Positions 24,841 through 38,300 of a DNA stretch of 64,000 nt are shown here, piece after piece. This stretch comes from Schmidtea nova (lineage: Eukaryota): NCBI GenBank assembly GCA_044892505.1, contig CM097883.1, positions 273,792,001 to 273,856,000 of the forward strand, written 5' to 3'. Below the pieces are notes generated by a model that did no database searches, was not told the DNA's origin, and saw only the letters and a program-made list of their open reading frames with translations. The position numbers and the translations under genes were made by a program. Every line of letters begins with the position of its first letter. The first letter of the stretch is position 1.

Positions 24841-26014
24841 CTACACTATTAATAATTGCATGCAAAATAATTGTATCTCACTATACGAACGTCTCCTCAT
24901 AATTGATCCAAGGTATCGGAGTCTCGGATTGATTCGTAGGCTGTCTATCAGTTTTTCGAATTTCATAGATGATATGAGAATGATGACAAATATTGTTATA
25001 ATGGTGATTGTTATTAACAAAGTTACACACAAAATTTCGTTTTCCGAATATAAGGATAATATAGTTTTATTACTTAGATTCGACGCCTTAACGTGAGCGG
25101 TTGTTATTTGAGTTGATTGATTCGATTTATGTGGATAACTGTCTATATCAGTATATGAGACTAGAACAAATTTGTCCTCAACCAAGTCTTGCCAAAGATT
25201 AGAGTGTCTGGCTCGAAGATAATATTTGATTTTTATTAGCTCAATTTTAGAATTCAATTTCGATCGCAGTTGTCGAAAAGATAAGATCTGAGATCTCTAA
25301 TATTGCTTGTTTTTAACACACAATAGTATAAAACAGCTCTTTGATTGAGGTACGTTAGACGAGTAACATTTATGATCTGATCATGCACAAAAAAGATAAC
25401 TCTGTTTGTCTCATTGATCAAATGTATCATATGTTGACTGAAATGGATAAGAACCAACTGATTGTTACGCTCAATTCCGTTTTCATACAACGACCTTTAA
25501 AAATATTGTATTTGAATGTTATACATCTGAAATAATTTTAAATTAACATAATTTATAAATGGTTTTCTGCCATTCAGTGTATTGATAGCATAATTTTGAA
25601 AGATTGTTTTTATTTGCTGGGATTCATGAGATTTCCAATGTACATTAATATCATGGATTACTGGTTCAATTGATACACGGTGCTGCAGCCTTTTTGTCCA
25701 TACATTGACACGTATTAGGTCATGGACTTTACAATATTATCTTTAAAATTTAATTGTGTTATTAACCAAGGGTATTTATAATTCATTGATAATTCACGAG
25801 CGACATGTATATTCCTGTTATAGCTTAATTTTACTGGGGGTTCGAAATAGGTCAGCAGATTTTTTATCTCTATCTCTTCCGTTACCTCGCAATAATAGAT
25901 CCATACTATTTCAGTACATGTTGAATACACATCGATTTTTTCTAATAATGAGACTTCCTTCATTGCAAATAATGGGAATATTCGTATTGCTTTTGTAAAC
26001 AAAACATTGATCAT
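24841..26014 (-). pseudogene. env-like third ORF of a Gypsy element (frameshifted)
   Basis: Pieces 26014-25715, ~25720-25500, 25490-25254 and 25257-24841 chain directly after the integrase end. Hydrophobic N-terminal stretch and a strong C-proximal TM segment ILCVTLLITITIITIFVIILISS. Called by position and hydropathy only. Confidence 0.5.
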
Positions 26015-26019
26015 ATCAC

Positions 26020-28145
26020 TGTAGTAATCAGCAACGTTTTACTAAAGTAATTTAATTGAGTGGGGATTTTTGTAAATTTTTGTTTAATTACTTTTTCTTT
26101 TCACCGTTATTTGGTTTTGACCTCTGGGGATACCGTTCTTCCAACGAAACTTTCTTACATCGATTTACATGAATGACAATCGTTCCATCTTTTTTATTAT
26201 TTTGTGGACGCAATTTTAAATTCGTTTCCATTGTATCAAACTAAATATGGTCCTTTAAATGGTCGCTGTAGCATTGTAGACAGAATTTTTGTTGGCTCTG
26301 GTTTATTTATGTACACCAAGTCTCCAACTTCAATATCATGTACATGTGCACGTTTGTCGTAGCATTCTTTATATGCTTCTTGGTGTTGAGGTTCCAAATA
26401 TTTACTATTTGAAATCTCAACCTGTTGGGGGTGATTCCTATATAAATAAAAAGACAACTCTCTTAAATATTTATTAAAGATCAAATTTACCTTTACAAAT
26501 AGATTTTTAAATTTCACCGAAACTTTTTACAATATAAGGTGTTTTACCAAATTATGAAATTGTGTGTGCGAATATTCGATTCCTAATGTGTATTGTGTGT
26601 TTTAATTAAAATTTTTTTATCCCCAAAAATATGTGGAGCCTGATGCTGCTCTAGTTTAATTGTCTCTCCGGATTAACCTTTGAGAACAGAATCTATTTTT
26701 TGTGGCGCGCTAATTTTAGGTAAAAATTGTGGTATTTTTCCAATTTTTCTATTCTCTTATATACTAAATTCCCTAATGTTAAATGATTGGTATAATTTAT
26801 TTATTTATATTATGCAGTCTAAATATTGTCATTTTTATTATTTTTTTTCATGGAATCTTAACATTCAATCGCATATACAAGTAGTCACAATATTCAGATC
26901 GTATGACTAACTTCATGCACTTTGCAAATCATTAAAAATTATTTAATCCTAACCATAAAATTAATAAAATAAATCACTAATTACAAAATAAATTATTAAC
27001 AATAAAATCAAATAATAATAAAATAAATCACTAATTACAAAATAAATTATTAACAATAAAATCAAATAATAATAAAATAACAAAATAAATTATTAACAAT
27101 AAAATCAAAACTAAAACTAATAAAGTAAATCACCAATCATAATAACCATTGTAAATTTGACAAAACTAATTGTTTACGTGAGATAATTGATACTCACAAA
27201 ATCACTAATAATCATTGTTAATATGAATTATAGAATAAGAGATTGGGTTGATTGAAGAATGTTGATTGAGTTCCTGATCTTGAAATTGGGCTGATTGAGT
27301 TTATGAGATTGATTGATTTGTTGATCTATTTTTTCTCTGGATATATGTTTATCCTGTATCTATTGGGCCCTGTTTTGTAATATTTTGAGAGGATGAATGT
27401 TTCGATGTGTCTACCTTCATCATCTAACATTGGTTATGCCTTATTTTCGGTCCCGCTTGGATCCATACTGATTGCAGTCTTTCCTGCATTACGACTTTAT
27501 AATAGAATACGTCCATATATTGCGAATTGCTTGTTGAAACTTTAGGTCAATCGGCATATTGTTTCGTCGTAAGTTCGTAAGATAAATTGGTGTTTCAGCA
27601 GTGCTTTCATTCACTGCATTTCCATAAGCAAACAAACATGGTTTAATGAACAAATCCCAATCCCTTTGTTTCCTGTTTACATAAGACGATATGATGTTGA
27701 TCAGTGTTCCATTAAATCTTTCGTCTAGACCGTCTGTTTGTGGGTGATATGGTGATGTATTAAGTTTTAGAATTCCAAATTGTTTGGTGATAGATTTAAA
27801 TAATTCGCTCTGAAAGTTTGTTCTTTGATCTGTGAGCAATTTCCTTGGTGCTCCATACCGAAATATGATGTTTTCTAAAATATTTTCGCCACAGTTTCCG
27901 CTTTTTGATTCTGAATTGCATATGATTCCGACCATTTTGTTAACTAATCACAAAAAACAATGATGTATTTATTGCCATTAGTTGTTTCTGGTAGTGGACC
28001 AACAATTTCCATTGCTTTCATTTCCATTGCTGTCATTTCCATTGGTGTTACTGGCATGGGCATAGGTTTCAAAGGAAATTTTATTTTTCTTCCTGTTTTT
28101 CGTCTGGTTAGACACACTTCACACTTATGACATCATTGTCTGACA
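26020..28145 (-). mobile_element. Gypsy integrase remnant split by a solo LTR
   Basis: CHKCEVC..PLKPMP..MEIVGPLPETTNGNKYIIV, RYGAPRKLLTDQRTNFQS, TSPYHPQTDGLDERFNGTL, YDKR..EVGDLV..FKGPY, VIHVNRCK. Removing 26384-27429 restores KIRHNQEAYK in frame. Confidence 0.93.
26384..27429. mobile_element. Solo LTR, family II (1046 bp)
   Basis: TGTTGAGG...CATCTAACA ends, 4-bp TSD TTGG, left end homologous to 59643-59730, internal ~54-bp tandem repeats at 26960-27110. Confidence 0.85.
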
Positions 28146-29378
28146 TCTTACTCAATCGTTTCCCAATAATAATAATAAAAAAATAATAAAAAATAAGAAT
28201 ATAAATGAAGCAATATACTTTGTTTCATTTTCTTAGATTATCATTTTTTTAACAAAGCTAACCTTAATATATTTTATCCACTTTGTCTACTGAGCATTCC
28301 ATAATATAATGAAAATGAATATTTGTTGTCAAATTCCACACCAGAGCGTGTATTCGAATGAAATTCCAAATTCCTCTCGCAAATCATTTTAATTGTGATT
28401 TTGCATAAGTTTTCCAACAATTTGGTTTATATTATTAGATTTCCTACTACAAATAACCCATTTGAACATTCTTTGAAATATTTTTTCGGCAATATAATAT
28501 TTAATACGATTGCAATTACCACTATATTAAGGAGTCTGTACCATATAAATATATCAAATTATTACGAAGTAGTTAAAAATATTATTAAGAAAAATTCATT
28601 GAATTTTCAAAAGATGCTTTATTTAATTTCAATATACTCAAAGTAAATATTATTGCAATTCGAATCTTCTCATACCAGTTACAAAAATTGATTAAATTCC
28701 AAATATTTGATCACAAGAGCTTTAATCACACAAAATTTCCTAGATCAATAGAAAAAAAATAAAATCTCATGCAAACCCAAAACTTAATGATATACGATGT
28801 ACATCCCATGTACATAATTTAACTCACGCGCAACCTGATCTCTTCCAAAAAACAATCAATGAAAACACAATTTTCCCTCAAATTTCAAAAAATTCATTTG
28901 AAGAGACTTTCAAAAACCTTACAATTGAAAAAAAACAAACACACTTCAAGAACTAAAAAACACATTTAGATTTAATGCACACTACATTATTTGAAAGTAA
29001 AATGTGCTTCATAAACTCCAAAACATCTACTATGATTCATACAAATTTAGTTGGAAGATGCTACTCAGTTAGTTGAAAATTAATTTCTAACAGGATTTTT
29101 CTATTATATTGTGCAAGTCTCTGACTAATTTTTATTTGTCTCATTTTAATATTTAAAAAATATGTTAACAGAACTTTGTTTGTATAATATAAAAAACTCA
29201 TTTAGTTTAGTAACGAATTTAAAAGTGCATGTAATGTTATATGTTATGCATGTATAATATATATATAATTCAATTCTATAATATATATAATTCATTTTTT
29301 GAATTGTTTATTTATTAGTATTATTATAATAATTATCATTATTATATTTTATACAAGTTTAAAATGTCATTTTAGTCC

Positions 29379-32300
29379 ATGAAAAAATCCAAAAAAAATC
29401 ACAGTGGCATTGTTTCCAATCCGTCTCTCAAATCCAATAAAAGTCTCTCAACAGTTTCGGAAAAAGTAAATCGATGCTAATTTTACATTCTACATTGACA
29501 TTATTGATATTCAGTATAATTGGATCGATGACAATATTCTCAAATTAGAATGCAATCGATTTCATCCAAAATCTAATGGATAGTAAGTTGTTAAATGAAA
29601 ATTATCAACATTTAAATGTGAAAAAGTTGCGCTTGCGGCAGACCAGCTGATGAACATATCAACAAAAATCAATTTCGTAACAGTAGTTCCAAAATCAAAC
29701 ATGACGGTTGGAATATCACCCACAACACGACTCCATTTCCTACAGACGCTTATGGAACACTGGAATTTCAAGGTGGTCCACACCCCACTAAGGCTCGGTA
29801 TGTTCGCATTAGTTATCGCACAACACCAACAGATGTGTTACATCTTTTGCTACGTGAATGGAATTTGCGTGTTCCGAATCTCGTGATATCGATGATTGGT
29901 GGATTGGCAAATTTTGATTTGCAACCGAAACTGAAGAAAGTGTTTTTCGATGGTCTCGTCAAAGCTGCGAAAACAACTGGAACTTGGGTTGTAACTACAG
30001 GATTGGATACAGGTTGGGGCGTCTTTGTTTTATTATTTAGATTGTCGATTCGATTTCTATTGTTAATTTAATTCACAGGAGTAACAAAACACGTCGGAGA
30101 AGCATTGAAAAATGAAATACACATCAAAGGAAACAACATAGTGGCGTTGGGAATTTCCCCCTGGGGAATTGTGCAGCATAGGAAACATTTATTGGGCAAA
30201 GAAGTAAAACCGAGAATACTCATTTTTGGAAATATAATTAAGATTTTGTTTTAATATCAGAAAACCTGTCCATATTATTCTATTGCAAACAAAAATCAAA
30301 AACAAGCGGTTTTGAATCAGCATCATAATTATTTCCTATTGGCTGACAATGGAACTGTGGATAAGTTTGGTGCGGAAATCGTTTTGCGGCGCTCACTGGA
30401 ACGATATTTAGCTACTCAACCAATAAGAATGCGAAATCACGGTAAAAACAAATAACCGAAGCCGAATCGAGTTTAAAGGATTTTATTTGATAAATTTTAG
30501 GCAGGCTCGGCAAATCTCGAGTGCCAGTTGTGGCAGTTCTAGTCGAAGGTGGCATGCAGGCATTCAGGTTGGTATTCGAATTGGTAACCGATGAGTATCC
30601 AGTTCCAGTTGTTGTCTGTGAAGGTAGTGGCAGAGCAGCTGATTTGTTGGCCTTTATGCATAGATATAGTGACGAGGAGGGGTTCGATATTGAATTCACG
30701 AGATTAATATTGATCTACTGTTATTTATTTTCAGAGAATTGTCTCCAGATGTTCGCGAACAAGTGCTGAAAACTGTACAAAGGACATTTTCATTGGTACC
30801 GAGAGAAGCAGAATTACTTTATAAAGAAATGAAATTGTGCTTGAAACGCCGGGAATTGGTGAATTATATTTTTATTATCTAATCTGTTTAGTTTGTAATG
30901 ATCATAATAATCACAGATCACGGTTTATCGGATGGAAGATGGCTGTCCAGATATTGACGTAGCGATATTGACAGCTTTATTACAAGGTAAATCTATAACA
31001 AATACTGAAAAATTATTTTAATATTTAGAATCGTTGCCAAAACTAACAAAAGCCGATCAGCTGACTTTGACAATGGCATGGAATCGACCTGACATTGCCA
31101 GATCTCAAATATTCGGAGTTCAAACCGAATGGCAAGTAATCATGAATTTGTTTGTTTTTGCATAAAAAAATCTAACTTATTAATGCTTTCGAAAATAATT
31201 TGAATAACAAAATAAAACATAAGAAATGATTTATTGAAACCGGAAGAAAATTATTTGATATCAGGTGACTGCGATAATAACCCAATCAGCAATGACAGCC
31301 AATCAAAACACTTAAAATAGATACATGAATACAGTGTTGAATTATATTTGCAATAACGAATATCAATACTCCAATAATTTCTATCAGTTATTTTAATGAA
31401 TTTAATTTAAATATTGTATAATTATTAAAGATAATCAATCACAATCAATCTATAAATTAATCCAGTGTTGCAATAAAAATTTAATAATTCGAATCAGTAA
31501 TTAATTAAACAAAAAAGATTAGAATTAAAAAACCGAAAAAATAAACATTTTCAATTTCAAAGAGATTCAAATATCTTTAATGTGGAAATTCGGAAATAGC
31601 AGCATATTTCCACGGTACTCTTCATTATCTAATGTGAATTTATATTGTTGGGTTCTATTTTATTATCTTTAACCCTTTGACGACGAATTTAAAAAAATGA
31701 AATTTCTGTAACTTTAACAATATAAATCAGCTATATAGCTTGTTTAAAACGTTTGCTATCCGGCAGAACGTATATTAACGAGTATAGACGAAACTAGTCG
31801 AAAATACTATAAACAAGAGTTGGACAAGCGTTGGTTGTAATAGCACAGAGAATAAGGCATCTATATATATATATATATATATATATTTTAAATTTGACTG
31901 GGACATATATGTCCCGACAGTGGTCAAAGGGTTAACAAGAATCTTAAACTCTAGGCTATTGGGATTGACTTTTGAAAGTGATAATTTTTCATTATCCTAC
32001 CAATTATTAAAAATTCAAGTACGTATTTTTAGTACGTGGTTTAGTAATAGTCTATAGGCTGCTTAATAATATTTTGAGAATAAACTCTTAGTAACGTAGT
32101 AAGATAAGTACCTAGTATCCGCATTGCTCGTTTCTTGAAGTATATTTTTAAAAGATTTTCGCGCCCACTTAACCACGGTTTACAACCCAGACTATGAGTA
32201 CCCAAACTAACTTGATCCATCAAGTTTCACTGAATTATGTCGCACGCTGCTGCTACTAACTGAACGAGCTTCTGGTTTATATTAATTAAATCTATCACGT

Positions 32301-35300
32301 ATCCATATATTTTTTAAATATTTAGACAGAAATCGAGAAAAATTAAAAAGACAAATCGAATTGATAAAGAATTTCAATTTATTTTTTAAAGTCTTTTCCT
32401 TTTAAATGCATTAACAAAATTGTCTTAATTAAATAATATTTTAGTGTTATTTGTAAATTACAATCATCGCTATATAGATGTTGATTTTTCATATGAATTA
32501 CTCATTTGTTAGTACTAATAACTGCGTCATATTATATATAGCATGATTGATATTGGAATCATTAAATCTCTGAAAATTGTTTAAAATTCTAAAAATTATA
32601 TCTGTAGTATCATCAGTATTTTATTTTCATTTTAAATTTTGCAAATCCTTTATTTTCAATTACACATTTCGTAATTTTTTTAAAAAAAATTATATAAAAA
32701 TATTTTCACTGGTACATGATTTTTCTACATTGCCCTTTTCAACTGTTCAAGTGACTCACGTTTTACTAAATTCATTTTGCAAAAATCAACCATAAAAAAC
32801 ATGGTTTTTGAAACTCTTTCACTCAAAACTAAAATTTCAAAAAGCGTTCTCAATGCTATGAAATTTTTATTATTATGTAAAATCGCTTTTTTATGGTTGA
32901 TTTTTTAAAAAATTATTACTTTCTGTGATCGGATCGATCTGAAATTTTGATAGTATACAGTGTCCTCGACAACGGATATACTTTCCAAATTTCAGTTCAA
33001 TCCAATCACGGGAAGTGGGTTATTTGGCCTCGCACAATTTGCGTGGACATACAACAAACACACAAACATCAGCGAAGTTAATATAGAGAGAGTAAAAAAG
33101 AAAAGATCAAAATTTTAAATATCATAGTAGCATTAAAATCAAACGAAATATAGTTATTGTCTACATATTTTATTATCTGAGTTGCGAAACCGGAAGAAAA
33201 TGACTGTAGTGCCTCCAATCCAATTATCAGTGACAGCCTATCATAACACTTTCAATAGATACATGAACACAGTGTTGATTTACATTTGCGATAACGAATA
33301 AAAATTCTCCAATAATTTCGGTTATTCTAAAATAAACAGTGTGATATAAAACAAAAAATTGAGAAAATATTATATTTAATCCATTTATGACCAAATAATT
33401 ACGAGGACTATGCGTTATTCATTTAAGGCTACTGTCATTTAGATTTATTTTTCTCAAAGTCACTTTTAACCTCTATTTTAACTTTACAAAAAGTAAAAAA
33501 ATTACAAAAGTGAAAAATCACTGATCTAAACAAACATAAATAAATAAATAATTTTTTCAAGCGTGTCGATAACGACGTCATGCACATCAATGGATTAATC
33601 CCTACTGAATGTAAATAATTGAACAATTTTACATATATACTTCTCTCCAGTCGCCAGTGTTGGACAATGCTATGATCGATGCTTTGATTAATGACCGGCT
33701 GGAGTTCGTGAAATTGTTGCTTGAAAATGGAGTAAATATGCACCGATTTCTTAAAGTTTCAAGATTGGAATATTTTTACAATATTCGATGCCTCAAAGGC
33801 GATTTTACATTTTACTCCATGATCTCGAAAGTCTGTAATTTAAAGAAAGTTCGCCTATTTTTTGGTTAAGTTTGAGCATAATATTTGAAAATTTTAGAGG
33901 CAAACTCTAACATTAAGACAAGTTGGCTCATTGATTGAACTTCTCATGGGGGGCGGCTACCAGCACCAATATTGTCAAAAAGGCTTACCCGTGAAATCGG
34001 TGCTTCCTGTCACAGACATGTGTGATACTTTATCATCTGTGGATAATTTTAAAAATGTAATTTTCTAAATTTAATAATATATTTAAGAAAAATTATCTTT
34101 AAAACCCTAATCAGTTATATAGTAATTCTTTGAATGATAATGAAATCGCCATCGATAACAGTTCAAATTTCCGGTATCCATACACAGAATTATTGCAGTG
34201 GACAATCCTAACGAGAAGGTACGACATGGCCATGTATATGGTTATGAGCGGTGAAGAATCGATAGCAAAAGTTTCATTTGTCATTCGTTTTTACGTTAAT
34301 CAAAATCCTTCTTTCAGTCTCTAATGGCGGTTAAATTATTGAAAGGAATGAAAAAACTTTTGGACATGGACAATGAATCCGAATACTTGGAAGAATTGAA
34401 ATTATGGGGAAAGTAAAATTTAAGTCTTCTTTTAACGAATCATAATGCCTCTTGAATAGTAAATTCGAAGTTTTATCTGTGAGTCTCCAAGATCACTGTT
34501 ACAAGCATAATCCAGAGGAGACAAAACGCTTACTGTGCTATGAGCTTCAGCAATTCTCTGGTCATACTGGTATTAGTCTAGCGTATTTATGTCAAAGCAA
34601 ACCATTCCTCGGGCATGTTTGTACGCAAAATATTTTAAATGATCTTTGGTATGGTGGTTTACGAGAAGGAAAGTGGGTTGGATTGAAAGTAATAATCTAA
34701 CTAAAATGCTTTGGTAAATAAATCTGCCTAGGTTTTGATTGTTTTGTTGAGCATCATCGCAGTCGTTCCGGCTTTACCAATAACACTTTTGACATTGAAA
34801 TCGAATAGATTGATTGAATTCAAAACGAAACAAGAATTAGCCCTCCAACCTCAAACACTTGAAGAGTATCTCAACGATTCGTCTTCTGACTCTTCCTCAG
34901 ATTCTTCAAGGTATTTGTAATTTTTGTTGATAAATTAATAACATTTCCCGTCACATGTCACTTTCAAGTTCCGACGATGAGACAACAGACGATGCTGAAA
35001 CGTTTGGAAAAACGAAACAAGATGAAAATCATTCTTCTTTATATAAATCGGTGTGTTTTTGGATTTATATTTTTAATTTCTATTTCTTATAAATCTTTAA
35101 AGAAATCCACAACATCTGATATAAAAGAAACGAAGCGTGTCCATCGGGCTTCATCTCTACAGAAAGAGTCTCTTTACAATGAGTTTTATATGAAGTGTTC
35201 AGATTTCGCCAAATCTGATCCAACTTTAAATCAAAATCATATAAATGAAAAAAATGTCAATCATGTTGTGATAAATATTGGTGAGACTGAGGAAACGAAA

Positions 35301-38300
35301 TATGAAATGACTGGTAAATTATTTATACTTATATATGCATCTCAATTATTCTGCTGAATTTCCAGCCGATAAAATTCTAGTTGTAATTAACTCGTATTTG
35401 TCTCAGTAATAACCGCTCGTACAAATTCCAATATAGATAAATGTTTGAATCTTTTAATAAAAATTTGCTTTACCGTCATATATTTAAAAATAGTAATAAT
35501 CAAAAATTATTTTTATAAAATTTATTACTCAGAAAATATTTTTAAAATTAATATAATACGGAAGTTACGGACGTACGTAGACCGGTAATTATATAATTTG
35601 ATTATTGTGAATTAACCTATAATAAAATAAAAAATTGTGGAGTTATTAAAAAAATTATTAAAAATATAAACCAACCATAAAGATGTTATTATAATGCCAA
35701 AAATAATTCAATGAGAAGTCTATGACAACGGTACCAATAATGTCAACTGGTATTTATCAGTCGATCAAAAGAGAGTCAGTCGATCTCCCAAAAATAATAT
35801 TAATTAAAATACTATCGAATCAGCTAGCAATTGTAGTGTAGCGTCAGCAATGCTTAACTATACCAGAAAATTAAAAATAAAATAAGAACCTTCGTTAATT
35901 CTAAAATAAAGAAATATCTGACTTAAATTTGTGTTAGTATAAATGACTAAAATAACATATTTCGTACTTTATATTTCTCCATTCTAATAAATTGAAATTC
36001 CGTCTACATAAATCTTCTCCAATTTCCAGTTGTATCTCCGAAAATATTTGATCCGTAAAAAATTCATAAAGTCAAAATAGAATCATGAATCATTTACCAA
36101 TGATTCACACAGATGAGTTTGCAAAATGGCAAAATATATCACAAATTTTCTAACTTGAATTGTTCTATTTAAAAAGAATATTTTAGAGGAAAAAACGGTA
36201 AAATACATTTTTACAGCATTAATTACAAATTTAAACAGTGACAAATTTTTGTAAATTCTACAAGAAAATTTGTAATTTCCTTAATCACGATTACAGAGCT
36301 CAGAGTTGAGAAATTATTTTTCTCGAAAAAAATATTTATGCAGATACGAGATTTTTACTGACTTGTTTTTTATTAATATTGTTTTTGGATTTGCTTAAGA
36401 TTAATTTTAGATTAATTGTTGGATTCAAAGTAAGGTTGGTTGACATTTTCGTTACGTTTGCATTACTTTTGGTGGTTTATTTATTTGTAACACTTGTTAA
36501 TTTTTAATAACATATGCACGAATACAAACACGTTTAAATTATCATATTTTCTGCCTTCATTATTATCTAATCAGTCGTAAATTTTCACTGAATAGCCTTT
36601 ATACATTTAAGAGCTACATTCATAGCGGATTGTGATCATAATATTATAATATGCAATTTATTTTCTCACCTTTTTTGCTGCAAAATATTTAAATAAGTCA
36701 TTGGTAAAGTGTAAGCGGTGAATTAATATTGATGAAAACTAAATTGACATTTATTGTGTCCATTAAGGTACTTTAGATAATCATAACTCTAAACCAGGAA
36801 TTTATCAACTCGGCGGTGATATTAATACAGAGTTCTATTTTAAAGGGGAAAATCTGAATTACGCAAATACTTCTAATGTGAATTTTGAGAATCCCATTTC
36901 CAAAGAAAAAATTCATCGAAAAAAACGAGTCATGCCAAATAAACCATTTAAAGATGATTTTGATATTGATACCAGAAAAAAATTAAGTAACGTGGGATGT
37001 TTTGAGAAGTATTTTTAAAAAGAATTGGTTTCAGGTAAACACAACTTGCATGTCAGCCCAACCGTGTCATCGTTTTCTTTTCATCAGCCTCTTAATGTAA
37101 CACAACCAGTAATTACGGATATGTCTCATAGGTATTTTTTGAATTGATAATTTTCTGTAAATTATTTTAACCTTTAGAACTTCAGTAACCTTTAATAACC
37201 TCAGTTTCACTAAGTGTGCTCCAGATGCATTGTTTGAGTTTTGTCAGGAAAATCCGCAAATATCTCCAGGAACTCAATTGTCTTGTAGGAAAAAAATTTA
37301 TGAATTCTTTTATGCGCCTATTACTAAGTTTTATTTAAATGTGGTATGTTTTGGTGATTTTTATGTCTTTTAATTTACATATCTATAATATATGTGTTAG
37401 TAACGACAACGCGTGAGCTCTACAGGTCAATTTTTTATTTTAACACGTGTGTTTTAATGGTAAATAATGATGGCACCCTAAAAATTATAATATATTTGAC
37501 GCAATAAATTGAATAATATATCATAATAATAGATAAACGCCAACCAATTATACTGTACATAAACTATTAATTTCGACCGAATAACAATCATCTTCAGACA
37601 AGCATCAGGAACAAAATTCAATTTTTAAAATAAATTTTAACATATAACATTTTTAATTTAAAAAATACAAAAACATAATTTAAAAAAAAAAAACAAAAAT
37701 TCAATTTTTTTTATCAAAATTGAAAACAAACAATTTAAAAAATAAAAAATATTCTCAAACTCAAACATAATTATACCAAATAAATCAAAAAAAATTCTTT
37801 TTTCAAATCCATGCTTTATGCGAGCAGAACTCCACTTGGCTGAGAAATTTTTTTTTGTTATATTTTGTAGAAGGGAAAATTATATTACATTTTTCGTGTT
37901 GTCCTCAAAAAAAATTTTTAAAAAAAAATTTGTTTTCAAATTTGTTTTCAAAACATTTATTTTTATATTAAAAGTTAAATTAATTAAATAAAAAAGCAAA
38001 AAAAAGCATTAAAAAAATTAAAAAAAAATTTCACTTGAGATGATTCGAACAATAATTTATATTACATTTACACGCAAATTTCTCTGAAGACACCAACACA
38101 TTTACCTCTCGTCCATTGTTAAATGTATGGGGAAATTCAAATTGTTATTTAGTTAACTTAATTAACTTTTTTTGGTCAAATTTATCAATTTCCATGTATT
38201 GTCACCGGAAGTGAGCAAGTGTGCAAAATTTGAAGTGAATCGGTTGAGAGAAAAGCACTAAAAATTGATTTGTAATTTTGTGGCACACACATATATATAG

